From the IMG/VR virus record IMGVR_UViG_3300045988_180980: a DNA stretch of 64,000 nt; one strand, written 5' to 3'. The stretch comes from a virus. A program made the translations under genes and the position numbers. Of the stretch, positions 24,443 through 34,498 are shown piece by piece; positions within the stretch are counted from its first letter, which is position 1; every line of letters begins with the position of its first letter. The notes beneath the pieces are model-generated. The model was not told where the DNA came from. It saw only the letters and a program-made list of their open reading frames with translations, and did no database searches.

Positions 24443-25321
24443 ATGGATGTAGAATTTTTAAGTGATATAGAGATGAAGAAAGTAATGCTCAGAAAAGACT
24501 ACCAGACAGAGGTAGTGCCAGTGGCCGATGCAGTGGGCCGTTATCTGTCAAAGAATGCAGCGCACTCATGGACCGAGACGTTCATGGATGCCGACACCAA
24601 GGAAACCGTTCAGATAGAGCGCAATGAGATTATTGTGCATCGTGGGCAGATGGTTACAGACAAGATTCTCAGGGAACTGGAGGAACAGGAAATCAAGGAG
24701 GTGGAGGTCGCCGACATTCCTCATCGCGCCCAGGAGCGCATCTCGTTCGGAAAGATTGTACACGTCAAGGTCACTGTGCGCAATGAATGGGGTGACACAG
24801 CCGTGCTCATCGTGCGCAGCGACTCGTTGCAGGGTGCGCAGAACCTTGCTGCCGACTATGCCGAAGGAGCCGTAAATGACATCTTCAAGACGAAGGATGC
24901 CGACTCTGTTGCCGTTATCAAGTCAGAGATAATCGAAGGACTTCAGTTTATCGGTCGCACCAGGGAAGACATCGAGGCCGAGGAGGCCGCACTCGAAGAA
25001 GATGCCGATGCCCCTGTAAAGGAGCCGTTCAAGGTCAAGGCTTCGTTCATCGACGCAGAGATATATGATCCTGACAGCAGCTCAAGGTCAAAGTACGGCG
25101 TGCATACCAAAGAGCTATTCGTAGTGTGGGCCTACGATGTGGTGACAGCCAAGAATATTGTGCTCGACTATATCAAGCACAAATTCGTCACCGTGTGGAA
25201 CGAGCGCGAGACTCTTCGCGTGATAGGTGCCACGCAGTTCTACGCCCATACCTATGTGTCTGCTGAATACTGCAACGAGTACATCGAGGACGAGAAGCTG
25301 CAACTGGCAGTGGAGGAGTAA
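24443..25321 (+). CDS. hypothetical protein
   Basis: ORF 24407 trimmed to ATG 24443 (MDVEFLSD...). Confidence 0.6.
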   Translation: MDVEFLSDIEMKKVMLRKDYQTEVVPVADAVGRYLSKNAAHSWTETFMDADTKETVQIERNEIIVHRGQMVTDKILRELEEQEIKEVEVADIPHRAQERISFGKIVHVKVTVRNEWGDTAVLIVRSDSLQGAQNLAADYAEGAVNDIFKTKDADSVAVIKSEIIEGLQFIGRTREDIEAEEAALEEDADAPVKEPFKVKASFIDAEIYDPDSSSRSKYGVHTKELFVVWAYDVVTAKNIVLDYIKHKFVTVWNERETLRVIGATQFYAHTYVSAEYCNEYIEDEKLQLAVEE

Positions 25322-25353
25322 CGGCGCATGTGTAACCACATCAAGCATCGAGT

Positions 25354-25818
25354 ATGAAGTTATACCGATATATGTCCATCGAAGAATGCTGTCAGTTGGT
25401 TCGTGGCGAGACATTAACAAACACAACCGATCATAGCAAGACTCGCGGCACAGCAAGCACGGCCAAAGGCTTCTGTTTCGGTATCGGAGATTCCGAGCAG
25501 GCAAAAAAGGACTTACGCAGGTTGCGTGGAATTATCCGTGCCGAAAGGCTTCTGGTGTTCGAGCCAAAGGACATTTCTAAGTTCACGCCGTGCCAGGGTC
25601 GGTATGTTGATTACGAAAAGATAGATTCCGAAGGTAAGTGCGTTGACGACTATCCTTTAGGCGGAGAACCTTGCAGGATGTTCGACGAGTATTGCATTGA
25701 AAGTTATTCGTTGGACGACATTGAGGGCGTTTATTCTATTTCCGAATGCTCAGTCTGTCCCTGTTACTCTAAAGAAGCATTAAAGTTTTATGCCTATTTG
25801 ATGCGCTTTATAAGATAA
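25354..25818 (+). CDS. hypothetical protein (Cys-rich)
   Basis: 154-aa ORF. Confidence 0.55.
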   Translation: MKLYRYMSIEECCQLVRGETLTNTTDHSKTRGTASTAKGFCFGIGDSEQAKKDLRRLRGIIRAERLLVFEPKDISKFTPCQGRYVDYEKIDSEGKCVDDYPLGGEPCRMFDEYCIESYSLDDIEGVYSISECSVCPCYSKEALKFYAYLMRFIR

Positions 25819-25845
25819 TACAAACAACAATAAACAATAAATAAT

Positions 25846-26445
25846 ATGGCAAGCTACAGTGGAAATATTGACCTGCTCTCGCTCAGCGGAGCGCAGGTGT
25901 ATAAGGGTATCGATGCAAAGAACCCCGAGAGAGCGTTTGTCTGCATACCCATCGCTACAAACGAGATTAAGGTGGAGGCTGCCGCCAACAACCCTCAGCG
26001 GATGCTGGCTAAGATGCGCGTGAACATCTGGCCTCTGAACGAGCAGTACAAGAACCGTGTGCGGCAATCGGCACAGGAGCGTGGCAACACAAACGTGAAC
26101 GTGCCTACGCATGAGATGCAGCTGTCCCTCTCCACCGAACACATCAAGACGGTGGTGAAGATGTTCCCCAAGCTCGTGGAGCAGGTGAAGGAGGCCAACA
26201 AGGAACGCGACCCCGAGATTGTTAACCAGGACCCGACCGACGAGAGTTCACACCTCTTCAAGGCCATCCGCCAGCGCATGAACAAACGTCTGGCCATGCT
26301 CTATCAGCCACAGCCCACGCAGCCCTCGCCGTACCAGCAGCCCACGTATGCCCAGGCAGGAGCCGCCACCGGCTATGTGGCACCCGCACAGGGAGCAGAG
26401 CCCGACTTCGGAGGCTACAACCCAGAAGACGACCTTCCATTCTAA
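25846..26445 (+). CDS. SSB-like single-stranded-DNA-binding protein candidate
   Basis: Architecture is a folded N-domain, a Gln/Pro-rich linker (QPQPTQPSPYQQPTYAQ) and the acidic tip PEDDLPF, as in bacterial SSBs. Lies next to the clamp gene. OB fold not verified. Confidence 0.55.
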   Translation: MASYSGNIDLLSLSGAQVYKGIDAKNPERAFVCIPIATNEIKVEAAANNPQRMLAKMRVNIWPLNEQYKNRVRQSAQERGNTNVNVPTHEMQLSLSTEHIKTVVKMFPKLVEQVKEANKERDPEIVNQDPTDESSHLFKAIRQRMNKRLAMLYQPQPTQPSPYQQPTYAQAGAATGYVAPAQGAEPDFGGYNPEDDLPF

Positions 26446-26466
26446 CCCATAACAACAGATAAGAAA

Positions 26467-27630
26467 ATGAAACTACAGGCTATATCTTCAAAGGCGCTCT
26501 CGGCAGCGCTGGGAGTGTCTGCAAAATGTATGCAGAAGCGCAATGCCATGAGCATCCTCGACTACGTGCTGCTGAGCATGCGGGACGGACGCTTTATGTT
26601 CACCACATCCACCACCGAGTCGCAACTCACCATCCCCGCACCCCTCACACTGACCAGCGGCACGTTCACGGCACCCGTGGCGCTGCCCATCGGCAGCATC
26701 CTGTCCTTCCTGGGGGCTTTGCCCGACTGCGTTGTGAACATGACGCTGGAGGACAACCACTCCCTCGCGCTCGACTACTGCATGACGGTGCGCGAGCAGG
26801 TGAAGAGCGGTAGGGTGGTGCTGTCCTACATGGACGGCACCGACTTCCCGCAGATACCTGCCCTGGCACAGGAGGGGCAGACCAGCATCGTCCTGCCTGC
26901 GGCCGACTTTTTCGCCGCTGTCAACGACGCGCAAGCCTTCTCGTGCCGCGAGGAGGTGAAGCGCATCCTGAACTCGCTGTGCATCGACATCTCAGAGGAC
27001 CGCTCCACCTGTTACTTCGTGGCCACTGACACCCGCCAGCTGGTGAAGAAGACCTTTATGGGCAGCGACTTCTTCCGTGCAGGAAAACCCTGCAGAATCA
27101 TCGTGCACAACCGCTTCTTCCGTGCTCTGTCTGCCTTTGCCGGTGAGGGAGACATCAGCATCGACACCGATGGCAACAACATCCGCTTCCAGTCCGACGA
27201 CACAGAGTTCGTGTGCAAGGCGCTGGAAGGCAAGTACCCAAACTACAACGCCATCATCCCCGTGGGCAGTCCGTACTATGCGGTGTTCGACGCCAAGGAG
27301 ATGGCCGGTGCCATCCGGCGTGTGAGCATCTTCAGCGACAGCGCCACTCAGGCGGTGATGCTGCGCAGGGAAGGAGGCTGCCTGCTGGTTGAAGCCGCCG
27401 ACACCATCAACGCATCGGTGGCAGCAGAGCAGGTCCTGCTGGAGGACGTGCAGTGCGAGGAAGGCTTCAGCATCTGCCTGGGTGCGCCCATGCTTCTCAA
27501 CGCCATGAACACGCTGGACGGCGAGGTGCGCATGCTCTTCAGCAGTGCCGATAAGCAGGCGCTGTTTGTGGCCAACGAGCCTGTGGCTCCCGTACAGATT
27601 ATCATCATGCCCATCAGGCGCATAGCATAA
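26467..27630 (+). CDS. dnaN: DNA polymerase III beta sliding clamp
   Basis: 387 aa. N-terminus MKLQAISSKALSAALGVSAKCMQKRNAMSILDYVLLS, with DnaN-like length and pattern throughout. Confidence 0.8.
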   Translation: MKLQAISSKALSAALGVSAKCMQKRNAMSILDYVLLSMRDGRFMFTTSTTESQLTIPAPLTLTSGTFTAPVALPIGSILSFLGALPDCVVNMTLEDNHSLALDYCMTVREQVKSGRVVLSYMDGTDFPQIPALAQEGQTSIVLPAADFFAAVNDAQAFSCREEVKRILNSLCIDISEDRSTCYFVATDTRQLVKKTFMGSDFFRAGKPCRIIVHNRFFRALSAFAGEGDISIDTDGNNIRFQSDDTEFVCKALEGKYPNYNAIIPVGSPYYAVFDAKEMAGAIRRVSIFSDSATQAVMLRREGGCLLVEAADTINASVAAEQVLLEDVQCEEGFSICLGAPMLLNAMNTLDGEVRMLFSSADKQALFVANEPVAPVQIIIMPIRRIA

Positions 27631-27641
27631 ACAGTGCGGAT

Positions 27642-28277
27642 ATGGACGATACATTGCTTTTCATTCCGCCCTGCTGTGTGGATAGGAAGCTGCCGCAGGC
27701 GGTGGTGCAGGCTCCGGCCAGGGCGCTCACGTTCTACACGCACGGCGATGTGACGATGGAGAAGTTATACCGTGCCATCGCATTCCTCATCGAGGAGCCG
27801 CATGTGATGGTGCTTGCCATGCCCATTGTGCCTGCTGATGTGGCAGTGTTTCTGCAGCAGTGCTTTGAGCGCGGATGGATCACCGACCTGGTGCTGTCCA
27901 CCAGCCGCGACTGTGCGGTGCTCGTGGACAAGTATCTGTGCGACTATACCCGCCATGTGCTCTACACTCCTGCCGACGATGTGAGCGAGGTGTCTTCGCA
28001 CCTCGTGCTGTACTCTGCCGGGCAGAGCATAACCATCAGCGGACCCATGTATGAGCGGGCATACCCTGTGAAGCTGGCGGGCTACTCCCTGGCGTTCTAT
28101 CCCCACCACGGCCTGTTCACCGACAAGGCCGACTGGGGCAATGCCCTGCGCAACATCCTGTTCCCCGACGTGCTCCGTCACAGGAAGGTGGCGCTCGGCA
28201 AGCAACCCAAGCAGGTGTCGGCAGCGCTCGACAAGTTCCTGCACCTGGAGTTCCCGACATATAATAATGACATATAA
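27642..28277 (+). CDS. hypothetical protein
   Basis: 211-aa ORF. Confidence 0.55.
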   Translation: MDDTLLFIPPCCVDRKLPQAVVQAPARALTFYTHGDVTMEKLYRAIAFLIEEPHVMVLAMPIVPADVAVFLQQCFERGWITDLVLSTSRDCAVLVDKYLCDYTRHVLYTPADDVSEVSSHLVLYSAGQSITISGPMYERAYPVKLAGYSLAFYPHHGLFTDKADWGNALRNILFPDVLRHRKVALGKQPKQVSAALDKFLHLEFPTYNNDI

Positions 28278-28298
28278 TAATATAGAATAGCAATAGAT

Positions 28299-28613
28299 AT
28301 GAACATCCGACCTACCCAATCTTACACTGAACTGCGCCGCTACACCGAGAAATGGCAGTGGGACGACCCCCGCACGGGGCGCAGGACAACAGGCTACGTG
28401 CATCCACAGACAGCGCGGAACGTGCAGCGCATGCCGTTCTACATCAAGTTCCTCACCAAGAGCGGACATGTGGATGAGGGCAACTGCGTTTGCCTGTCTG
28501 TTGATACCCTGCGCCACCAGCGGCGGGTACAGTTCGTGGAGAGCGGTGAGATAAGGGTGGTCAACGATGTCCTGGTGCTCGAAGTAGATGGCACCAGATT
28601 CATTACGCATTAA
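28299..28613 (+). CDS. hypothetical protein
   Basis: 104-aa ORF. Confidence 0.5.
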   Translation: MNIRPTQSYTELRRYTEKWQWDDPRTGRRTTGYVHPQTARNVQRMPFYIKFLTKSGHVDEGNCVCLSVDTLRHQRRVQFVESGEIRVVNDVLVLEVDGTRFITH

Positions 28614-28780
28614 GTTAATTATTACGTTGATTGTGGCCGTCTGACGGTCCGCGAGGATAGCGGCGGTGTTAGTTTTTCATACAAAAGATACTTCATTTTT
28701 TTTAGGTTTTTAGAGGCTCCCACGGTCTGTGAAGATATAGGGAGTATTTGTTGAACATTAAACTATAAAACATATACATT

Positions 28781-29365
28781 ATGATTACAAGAACAATCAA
28801 GAGAATTTGGAATTTTATTCTCAGCGGTTTCAGTGGTCGTCGCCTGCAGAAAAGAATGCTGCAGGGATTTGCCGCGCTTGACAGAATAGAGCGAAAAGGC
28901 CTTCTGACGTGGATTCGCGAGGGCAGATACCTCCTGCTCGAGCAACCATTTACCACTTCGATTCTCGCTACGGGAAAGAAGGGAGCCAAGAACATCTTCA
29001 CGATGGTGGCTCTCTGGCAGAATTTCCACATCTTCCTGGAAGCTGCCGAGCAGATACGGCTCGAGACTGAACTTGCAGCCGTGCGCAAGGCAAAGAAGGA
29101 GCATCCCTCGTTGACCAATGAGGACATACGCCGCATACGCATGAATGCCCGCAACAACATGCCCGAACTGGACCCTGACAAGATAGATTATGTCCGCGAG
29201 TTCGACCTGTTTGTCATCCGCTCGTCGGCACCCTCGGCACAGGATGCCACCGAGGAGAACGGGCAGCTGGTGGCACTCGGCCATTTCGATGGCAAGGAAC
29301 TGCAGATGGCCATGTATGAGGATGTGAAGTACAACCTGATGCGCGGTGAAGATGAAAATAATTAG
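28781..29365 (+). CDS. hypothetical protein
   Basis: 194-aa ORF following a 165-bp gap. Confidence 0.55.
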   Translation: MITRTIKRIWNFILSGFSGRRLQKRMLQGFAALDRIERKGLLTWIREGRYLLLEQPFTTSILATGKKGAKNIFTMVALWQNFHIFLEAAEQIRLETELAAVRKAKKEHPSLTNEDIRRIRMNARNNMPELDPDKIDYVREFDLFVIRSSAPSAQDATEENGQLVALGHFDGKELQMAMYEDVKYNLMRGEDENN

Positions 29366-29615
29366 GAAAATCAGAGAGGCGCTCATCCACCTGCTTGGTG
29401 GCGTCACGCAGGGCGAGAACGAGTACGTGGGCAACATCATGCACGACCTGGGCCGATACAAGTGCCTGCGCGAACTGCAGGGGTATGCCGATGACCTCAA
29501 CGGCAAGCCGGGCGACGAGTGGAGCCATGCGATGTACAGGCACATCAGCGAGGAGCTGTGCCGCATGGAGGGGCTGCTGCCCGATCCCGACGAGGAAGGA
29601 GCGCACCCATGCTGA
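29346..29615 (+). CDS. hypothetical protein
   Basis: 89-aa ORF overlapping the previous gene by 20 nt. Confidence 0.45.
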   Translation: MKMKIIRKIREALIHLLGGVTQGENEYVGNIMHDLGRYKCLRELQGYADDLNGKPGDEWSHAMYRHISEELCRMEGLLPDPDEEGAHPC

Positions 29616-29812
29616 GAGAGGTGCGGATGTATGCCGTCGTGTGTGACCGATGCGGGCATGAACTGCACGACGGAGACATCATAGCCTGGCCCGATGAGGA
29701 ACAGGCTACCGCAGTGGCGCACCTCTCGGGCTGGGAGGAGGCGGCAGGCAAGTGGTACTGCCCCGACTGCTACACACACAGCGAAGATACCGGCGCATTG
29801 CGCCCCAGATGA
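29609..29812 (+). CDS. small zinc-ribbon protein
   Basis: ORF 29519 trimmed to ATG 29609 (ATGCTGA overlap). Contains the paired motifs CDRCG and CPDC. Confidence 0.45.
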   Translation: MLREVRMYAVVCDRCGHELHDGDIIAWPDEEQATAVAHLSGWEEAAGKWYCPDCYTHSEDTGALRPR

Positions 29813-29837
29813 TAGTTATACAAAAAGAGAAAAGAAC

Positions 29838-30290
29838 ATGGAAAAAGAACCTATCACACAGATGGAGTTTGACCGCCGTATGGTGGCGCTCCGCGAACAG
29901 TATGCAGAAAAGCTGGCTTTAGTGAGGAATATCAGAGAGGGCATTCAGCGTGACAAGTATAGCATTCAACAGCAGATACACGAGTTGAAGGCGCAGTATA
30001 TGAAGACCTGCTGTGACCTCCACGAGGCAATCCAGGTGGAGGCGAAGACAAGGAGGGAGGAAGCCGACTGCCGACGCGCACTCCTCGAAGCCTTCTACCA
30101 CCAGCACAAGCCGCAGATGTACCAGCCGTTTGACAATCGTATGGCATATCATGTACGACAGTCGGTGCTGAATGCCCTGCGTGAGGCGCTGGACGGCAAG
30201 TGCGACACAACGAAAATTCAGTTCAATTACACCTTCGGCCCCAACGGCGAGGTGGAGTTCAAAACCGTTATTCCTGAGATAGAGATATGA
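29838..30290 (+). CDS. hypothetical protein (coiled-coil-like)
   Basis: ORF 29694 trimmed to ATG 29838 (MEKEPITQMEF...). Confidence 0.55.
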   Translation: MEKEPITQMEFDRRMVALREQYAEKLALVRNIREGIQRDKYSIQQQIHELKAQYMKTCCDLHEAIQVEAKTRREEADCRRALLEAFYHQHKPQMYQPFDNRMAYHVRQSVLNALREALDGKCDTTKIQFNYTFGPNGEVEFKTVIPEIEI

Positions 30291-30370
30291 AGTACGATGA
30301 TTTCTGAAAGGGGCTGCAAGCCGTCTGCCCCGATGTTGATGCGGCCAGGGCGAAAAAACTGTGCGATGGT

Positions 30371-30565
30371 ATGGTGGATGTTTTTGCCGACAACTACATG
30401 CAGGGAGGACTGACGTCCAGAGAGTTTTTGCTGGCCGTGGCTATTGCGGTTGTTCCTACGTTGGACATCCTGAATACCGACAGAGAAAAAGCCCTGGGTG
30501 CGCTGTGCGAGCTTCTGCACGCAGTAAGCAAATCTCTACCCAAACAGGAAAGCAAAGAGAACTGA
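30371..30565 (+). CDS. hypothetical small protein
   Basis: 64-aa ORF with weak support. Confidence 0.3.
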   Translation: MVDVFADNYMQGGLTSREFLLAVAIAVVPTLDILNTDREKALGALCELLHAVSKSLPKQESKEN

Positions 30566-30600
30566 TAATATATATATGTGTATATAGTGTTGATGGTTGC

Positions 30601-30708
30601 GAGCTGCCCGTGCAGGGCTGGAAGCAGCGCCCAATCGGGCAGCTCGTGTTAACGAAAAGCCGTTTCCTTAACATGTGCGCAGTGACGTGTTAACGAAAAG
30701 CCGTTTCC
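30601..30708. promoter_or_regulatory. Structured non-coding element: 10-bp perfect inverted repeat plus two 23-nt direct repeats
   Basis: GAGCTGCCCG (30601-30610) and CGGGCAGCTC (30636-30645). CGTGTTAACGAAAAGCCGTTTCC at 30645-30667 and 30686-30708. Lies upstream of the packaging genes. Confidence 0.65.
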
Positions 30709-30740
30709 ATGAACACAATCCGAATAAAAAAAGCAAGATT

Positions 30741-30950
30741 ATGATTGAAATGCCTACAGAGACAAAGATAAGAAGGAATGCCGTGCTCACCTTTGACGAC
30801 GGAGAGCGGCAGGCAGTGACGCTCGACATCAAGCCATCTACGCGAGGCATGTGGCAGCACCAGCTTGAGCGCGACATCAGGCACCAGCTCAACGCGGGCA
30901 GCGTGGGTTTGGTGCACAAGGTAGTGAAGGTGCATCTTATGCGTAACTAA
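30741..30950 (+). CDS. hypothetical protein
   Basis: ORF 30675 trimmed to ATG 30741 (MIEMPTETK...). Confidence 0.45.
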   Translation: MIEMPTETKIRRNAVLTFDDGERQAVTLDIKPSTRGMWQHQLERDIRHQLNAGSVGLVHKVVKVHLMRN

Positions 30951-30960
30951 GAGAGGTGGT

Positions 30961-31653
30961 ATGGGATTCAATGGAACGAAGACACCGTTGAAGCCTACGG
31001 GCAAGGCAAAGTACCAGGTGCCGAAGCGTCGGCATCCAGAGCGCGGATATATGGAGTACTGCCTTGAGGGTGAGGTGAAGGAGAAGTTCTGCAAGCTGTT
31101 CCCCATACACTCCAACCGCCGCATGATGGAGTGGTTCGGCATCTCGTTCGCCACTCTCCAGCGCTTCAAGCGTAAACTGGGTCTGGAGAAGAACATGAAG
31201 GCGGTGCGCCGTGAGCAGTCACGTGACACCAAGCGGATATGTGAGGCCAACGGTTACTACGCATCGCTGCGCGGCAGGACACCGTCTGAGGCCACGCTCG
31301 AGGGCACCCGCCGCTACAGGGCCACTCATCCGCATCCGCTGGAGATTCTGAAGCAGAAGAACATCCGCAAGTACCGCGAGTTCATCAAGCGGCGTTCCGA
31401 GAGGATGCGCGAACTGAGGCGCATCGAGACTCTGCGTGAGAAGTACGGCCTTGAGCGCAAGACGCGCTTCAGGTGCAAGACCATTTCGCCCAATGGCAGT
31501 GCCCAGAAGCATCTGATGATAAAGCTCCACAACTACTTTGCCGATGCCGACCACGTGACCTGGGTGTGCTATGACAGTCAGACAAGGCGCTCTCCCCGCA
31601 TGGAGGCCACGGCCATGCGTCACGGACTAAGGCTGGTGGAGGGCGACGAATGA
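30961..31653 (+). CDS. basic HTH-containing protein (possible small terminase subunit)
   Basis: 230 aa, Arg/Lys-rich. FGISFATLQRFKRKLGL is HTH-like. Lies upstream of the large terminase gene. The functional call rests on position only. Confidence 0.4.
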   Translation: MGFNGTKTPLKPTGKAKYQVPKRRHPERGYMEYCLEGEVKEKFCKLFPIHSNRRMMEWFGISFATLQRFKRKLGLEKNMKAVRREQSRDTKRICEANGYYASLRGRTPSEATLEGTRRYRATHPHPLEILKQKNIRKYREFIKRRSERMRELRRIETLREKYGLERKTRFRCKTISPNGSAQKHLMIKLHNYFADADHVTWVCYDSQTRRSPRMEATAMRHGLRLVEGDE

Positions 31654-31676
31654 GTAACAGTTAAAATTTGAAGGAT

Positions 31677-32045
31677 ATGGATATGGATATGGATAAGAAG
31701 AAGAGAGAACAGGGGAGGTTGGCAGTGTCGATGTTCCACGGCGCATGCACCATGCTTGCGACACTCGTCAATGAGCAGTTGTTCGAGGGCAGCCGCTCGT
31801 GGTACTGGGTAGCCGATGATATAGGGGGGCTGTGCGACTTTGAGGACAGCGACTTCCTGTCGCCCGAAGACATGGTGCGCATCATTGAGCACCACCTGAC
31901 CTACGACGAGTATGCCGAGTGGCGTGATGCCAATCTGGGAAAAGAGGAGTACATCAATCTCAGGTCGTGGCTCAAGGGAGCGCGGCATGAGATGCTTAAT
32001 AACAAAAACAATTATGAAGACAAGGCAAGCGAAGAAAATAGTTAA
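31677..32045 (+). CDS. hypothetical protein
   Basis: ORF 31668 (TTG) trimmed to ATG 31677. Confidence 0.5.
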   Translation: MDMDMDKKKREQGRLAVSMFHGACTMLATLVNEQLFEGSRSWYWVADDIGGLCDFEDSDFLSPEDMVRIIEHHLTYDEYAEWRDANLGKEEYINLRSWLKGARHEMLNNKNNYEDKASEENS

Positions 32046-32265
32046 AGCAAGTTTTACTTACTTACGCTATTTGGTTGTAAAAAACCGCGCGAAGGAATAC
32101 CGCCCATTGCCTTATTGGTCTCACGGCTTCCCGGATGCCCCGTATTGGGACATTGAAGCTTACAAAGAACGTGCTAATTCACGTTTCCGCAAAGCCCTGA
32201 AGGTTACACGCAAGTTTGGCAAAATGGTTTATAAGGTTGCGTGGGGAGGCATGATAATCTATTAG
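32014..32265 (+). CDS. hypothetical basic protein
   Basis: ORF 31912 trimmed to ATG 32014 (MKTRQAKKIV...). Confidence 0.4.
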   Translation: MKTRQAKKIVKASFTYLRYLVVKNRAKEYRPLPYWSHGFPDAPYWDIEAYKERANSRFRKALKVTRKFGKMVYKVAWGGMIIY

Positions 32266-32447
32266 AGGTAATATATTGAAGTAAGAAAAAGAGAATCGTA
32301 ATTTTCATTCTTAGAACTTTTGGAGGGGCAGCCGTTGTGATAACGTCTGCCCTTCGTGGTGCTTGCCGGCGCGGATTTTCTGCGTGTACGGCTGTCCGTA
32401 TCGGGAACAGGCTTTTTCTCATTTTTGCAACAGAAAAAGACAATACC

Positions 32448-34442
32448 ATGCAGCAAGCGCATAACATTTACTTAACCAAGTTCCAGCAACAATCGCTCTA
32501 TATGGGAGCCAAAGACGAGCGGGTGATTGCTGCCCGCCGTGTGGGTAAGACCGACGGACTGGTGGCACCCTACGTCTGGACGGCAAGCAACTCCATGCCT
32601 GGTATGCTGGGTGCATGGGTGGCAGTGTCGCGTCAGCAGGGCTTCGGCAAGACCATTCCGAGCACGATGGCGGCCATGGAGCGTATGTTCGGCTTTACGC
32701 AGGGCATCCATTTCGGTTGGGGACGACCGCCCAAACATGCCCGCGAGAGCATCTTCAAACCCAAGAACTACGACAACTACATCTGGTTTGCCAATGGTGC
32801 CGGATGGGTTCTTATATCCCTCTCACAGGTAGCCAGTTCCAACAGTTACACCTTCAGCGCTCTTGTGGGGGACGAAGCGAGGTTCTTTCCGCTAAAAAAG
32901 GTAACTGACGAGTTGCTGCCGGCTCTTTCAGGCCAGACGCATCCGTTGGGTGACATCAACTTTACGGAGTATAATCCGATGTATAAGAGCACGCGCTTCC
33001 TCTCGGATGCTGCCCTTACAGCCAAAGGGTCGTGGCTCGAAAGGGAGGAGGAGAAACTGGACCTGACCGTTGAGACGGGTCCATTCAAAGGCAAGACCTA
33101 CAGATGGGTGCAGGAGCAGTTGGAAGATTATGCCAACAAGGTGATACGCTACAACGACCTGCTGTATAATGCCAAGAAGACGGGTCACTCGGTGCATGTG
33201 GTGCCGAAGGAGCTGCGCACGATGATCCGTGCCGTGGCTCTGAAGATGATGAAGCATGAGGGGCAGTTCAAGATTATGCCCAATCACGGCCAACACGTCA
33301 CAAAGGGTATGGTGGAGATGGCTGTCAACTATAAGCTCATTCCGCAGGACGATGCCGAACTGGTTTACGATTACGAATACCTTATCACGCCAGAAGAGGA
33401 TTTTGAGATGCAGATGTTTCTGCGCTCAAAGAAGTTCTCTGAAGGCTATCTGCGTGAGCTGCGCCGTGTGGCTTTCTGTGTGCGCCGTGCGTCATCGCTC
33501 GACAATGTGGATATTCTGGGTGAAGACTATATCCGTCAGATGAAGCGTGACCTTCCTATCTACACTTTCGCGGTTTCCATTCTCAACAAAAAAATCCAGA
33601 AGACGAACGATGGTTTCTACTCCAACCTCGACATCGACCATGTTCACGGATATATCCCAGATGAAATAGACCCTTTATCATCTGCCAAATTTTCCACGCA
33701 AAAGGTGTCGGGCATCATCGGTGGAAGGAAAGTTACAAGCGAGAGCTACCAACCCGACTTCAAGGAATTGGGCGAGCGCAACGACTCTCGCATGGACTCC
33801 GACTGCATCAACTCCCTTCCCCTGTATATAGCGATCGACTACAATGCCAATATCAATACGCTGGTGGTTGGCCAGAGGTACGAGCGTGACGGCATGGAGT
33901 GCTTGAACGTCATCAAGAGCTTCTACGTGAAGAACGAGCGCAAACTGCGTGAACTGATAGCCGATTTTTCGGATTATTACGCACCGAAGCGAGCCATCAA
34001 CCGCGACGTGACGTATTTCTATGATGCTACGGCCAAGCAGGGAGCCTCGTATGCTGCATCAGACGAGCGCTTCTACATGACCGTGATTGCGGAACTGGAG
34101 AAGCGCGGCTGGAACGTGACGGCCATAGATATGGGTGCTCCCGAGAAGCACGAGGTAAAACACAAGATCATCAACGACGGCTTGGCTCACCTCTCCTATC
34201 CTGCCATCCGCATCAACCAGGTGAACAATCCCGACCTTATCATTGCCATGCAGCTGTGCGAGGTGCAGATTTCATATAAGGGTTTCCATAAAGACAAGAG
34301 TCAGGAAAAGAAACCTGAGAGCGAGGACACGCTACCCCTGCAGCAGCGTACCGACTTCACGGATGCCTTCGATACGCTGTACTTAGGTTGCAAGTTCTTC
34401 CTGGGCGGTGGCGGTTGGTTCGTGCTGCCGAGTGGAAGGTGA
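32448..34442 (+). CDS. terL: terminase large subunit
   Basis: ORF 32337 trimmed to ATG 32448. Walker A-like AARRVGKTDG. About 660 aa with a C-terminal nuclease-like IAIDYNANINTLVVGQ. Size and position are typical of a large terminase. Confidence 0.75.
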   Translation: MQQAHNIYLTKFQQQSLYMGAKDERVIAARRVGKTDGLVAPYVWTASNSMPGMLGAWVAVSRQQGFGKTIPSTMAAMERMFGFTQGIHFGWGRPPKHARESIFKPKNYDNYIWFANGAGWVLISLSQVASSNSYTFSALVGDEARFFPLKKVTDELLPALSGQTHPLGDINFTEYNPMYKSTRFLSDAALTAKGSWLEREEEKLDLTVETGPFKGKTYRWVQEQLEDYANKVIRYNDLLYNAKKTGHSVHVVPKELRTMIRAVALKMMKHEGQFKIMPNHGQHVTKGMVEMAVNYKLIPQDDAELVYDYEYLITPEEDFEMQMFLRSKKFSEGYLRELRRVAFCVRRASSLDNVDILGEDYIRQMKRDLPIYTFAVSILNKKIQKTNDGFYSNLDIDHVHGYIPDEIDPLSSAKFSTQKVSGIIGGRKVTSESYQPDFKELGERNDSRMDSDCINSLPLYIAIDYNANINTLVVGQRYERDGMECLNVIKSFYVKNERKLRELIADFSDYYAPKRAINRDVTYFYDATAKQGASYAASDERFYMTVIAELEKRGWNVTAIDMGAPEKHEVKHKIINDGLAHLSYPAIRINQVNNPDLIIAMQLCEVQISYKGFHKDKSQEKKPESEDTLPLQQRTDFTDAFDTLYLGCKFFLGGGGWFVLPSGR

Positions 34443-34498
34443 GTTGTCGGCAGAGCGTGGAAGCTGGAAGAAAGTTGGTGCGAACTTTCTTCCAACTT

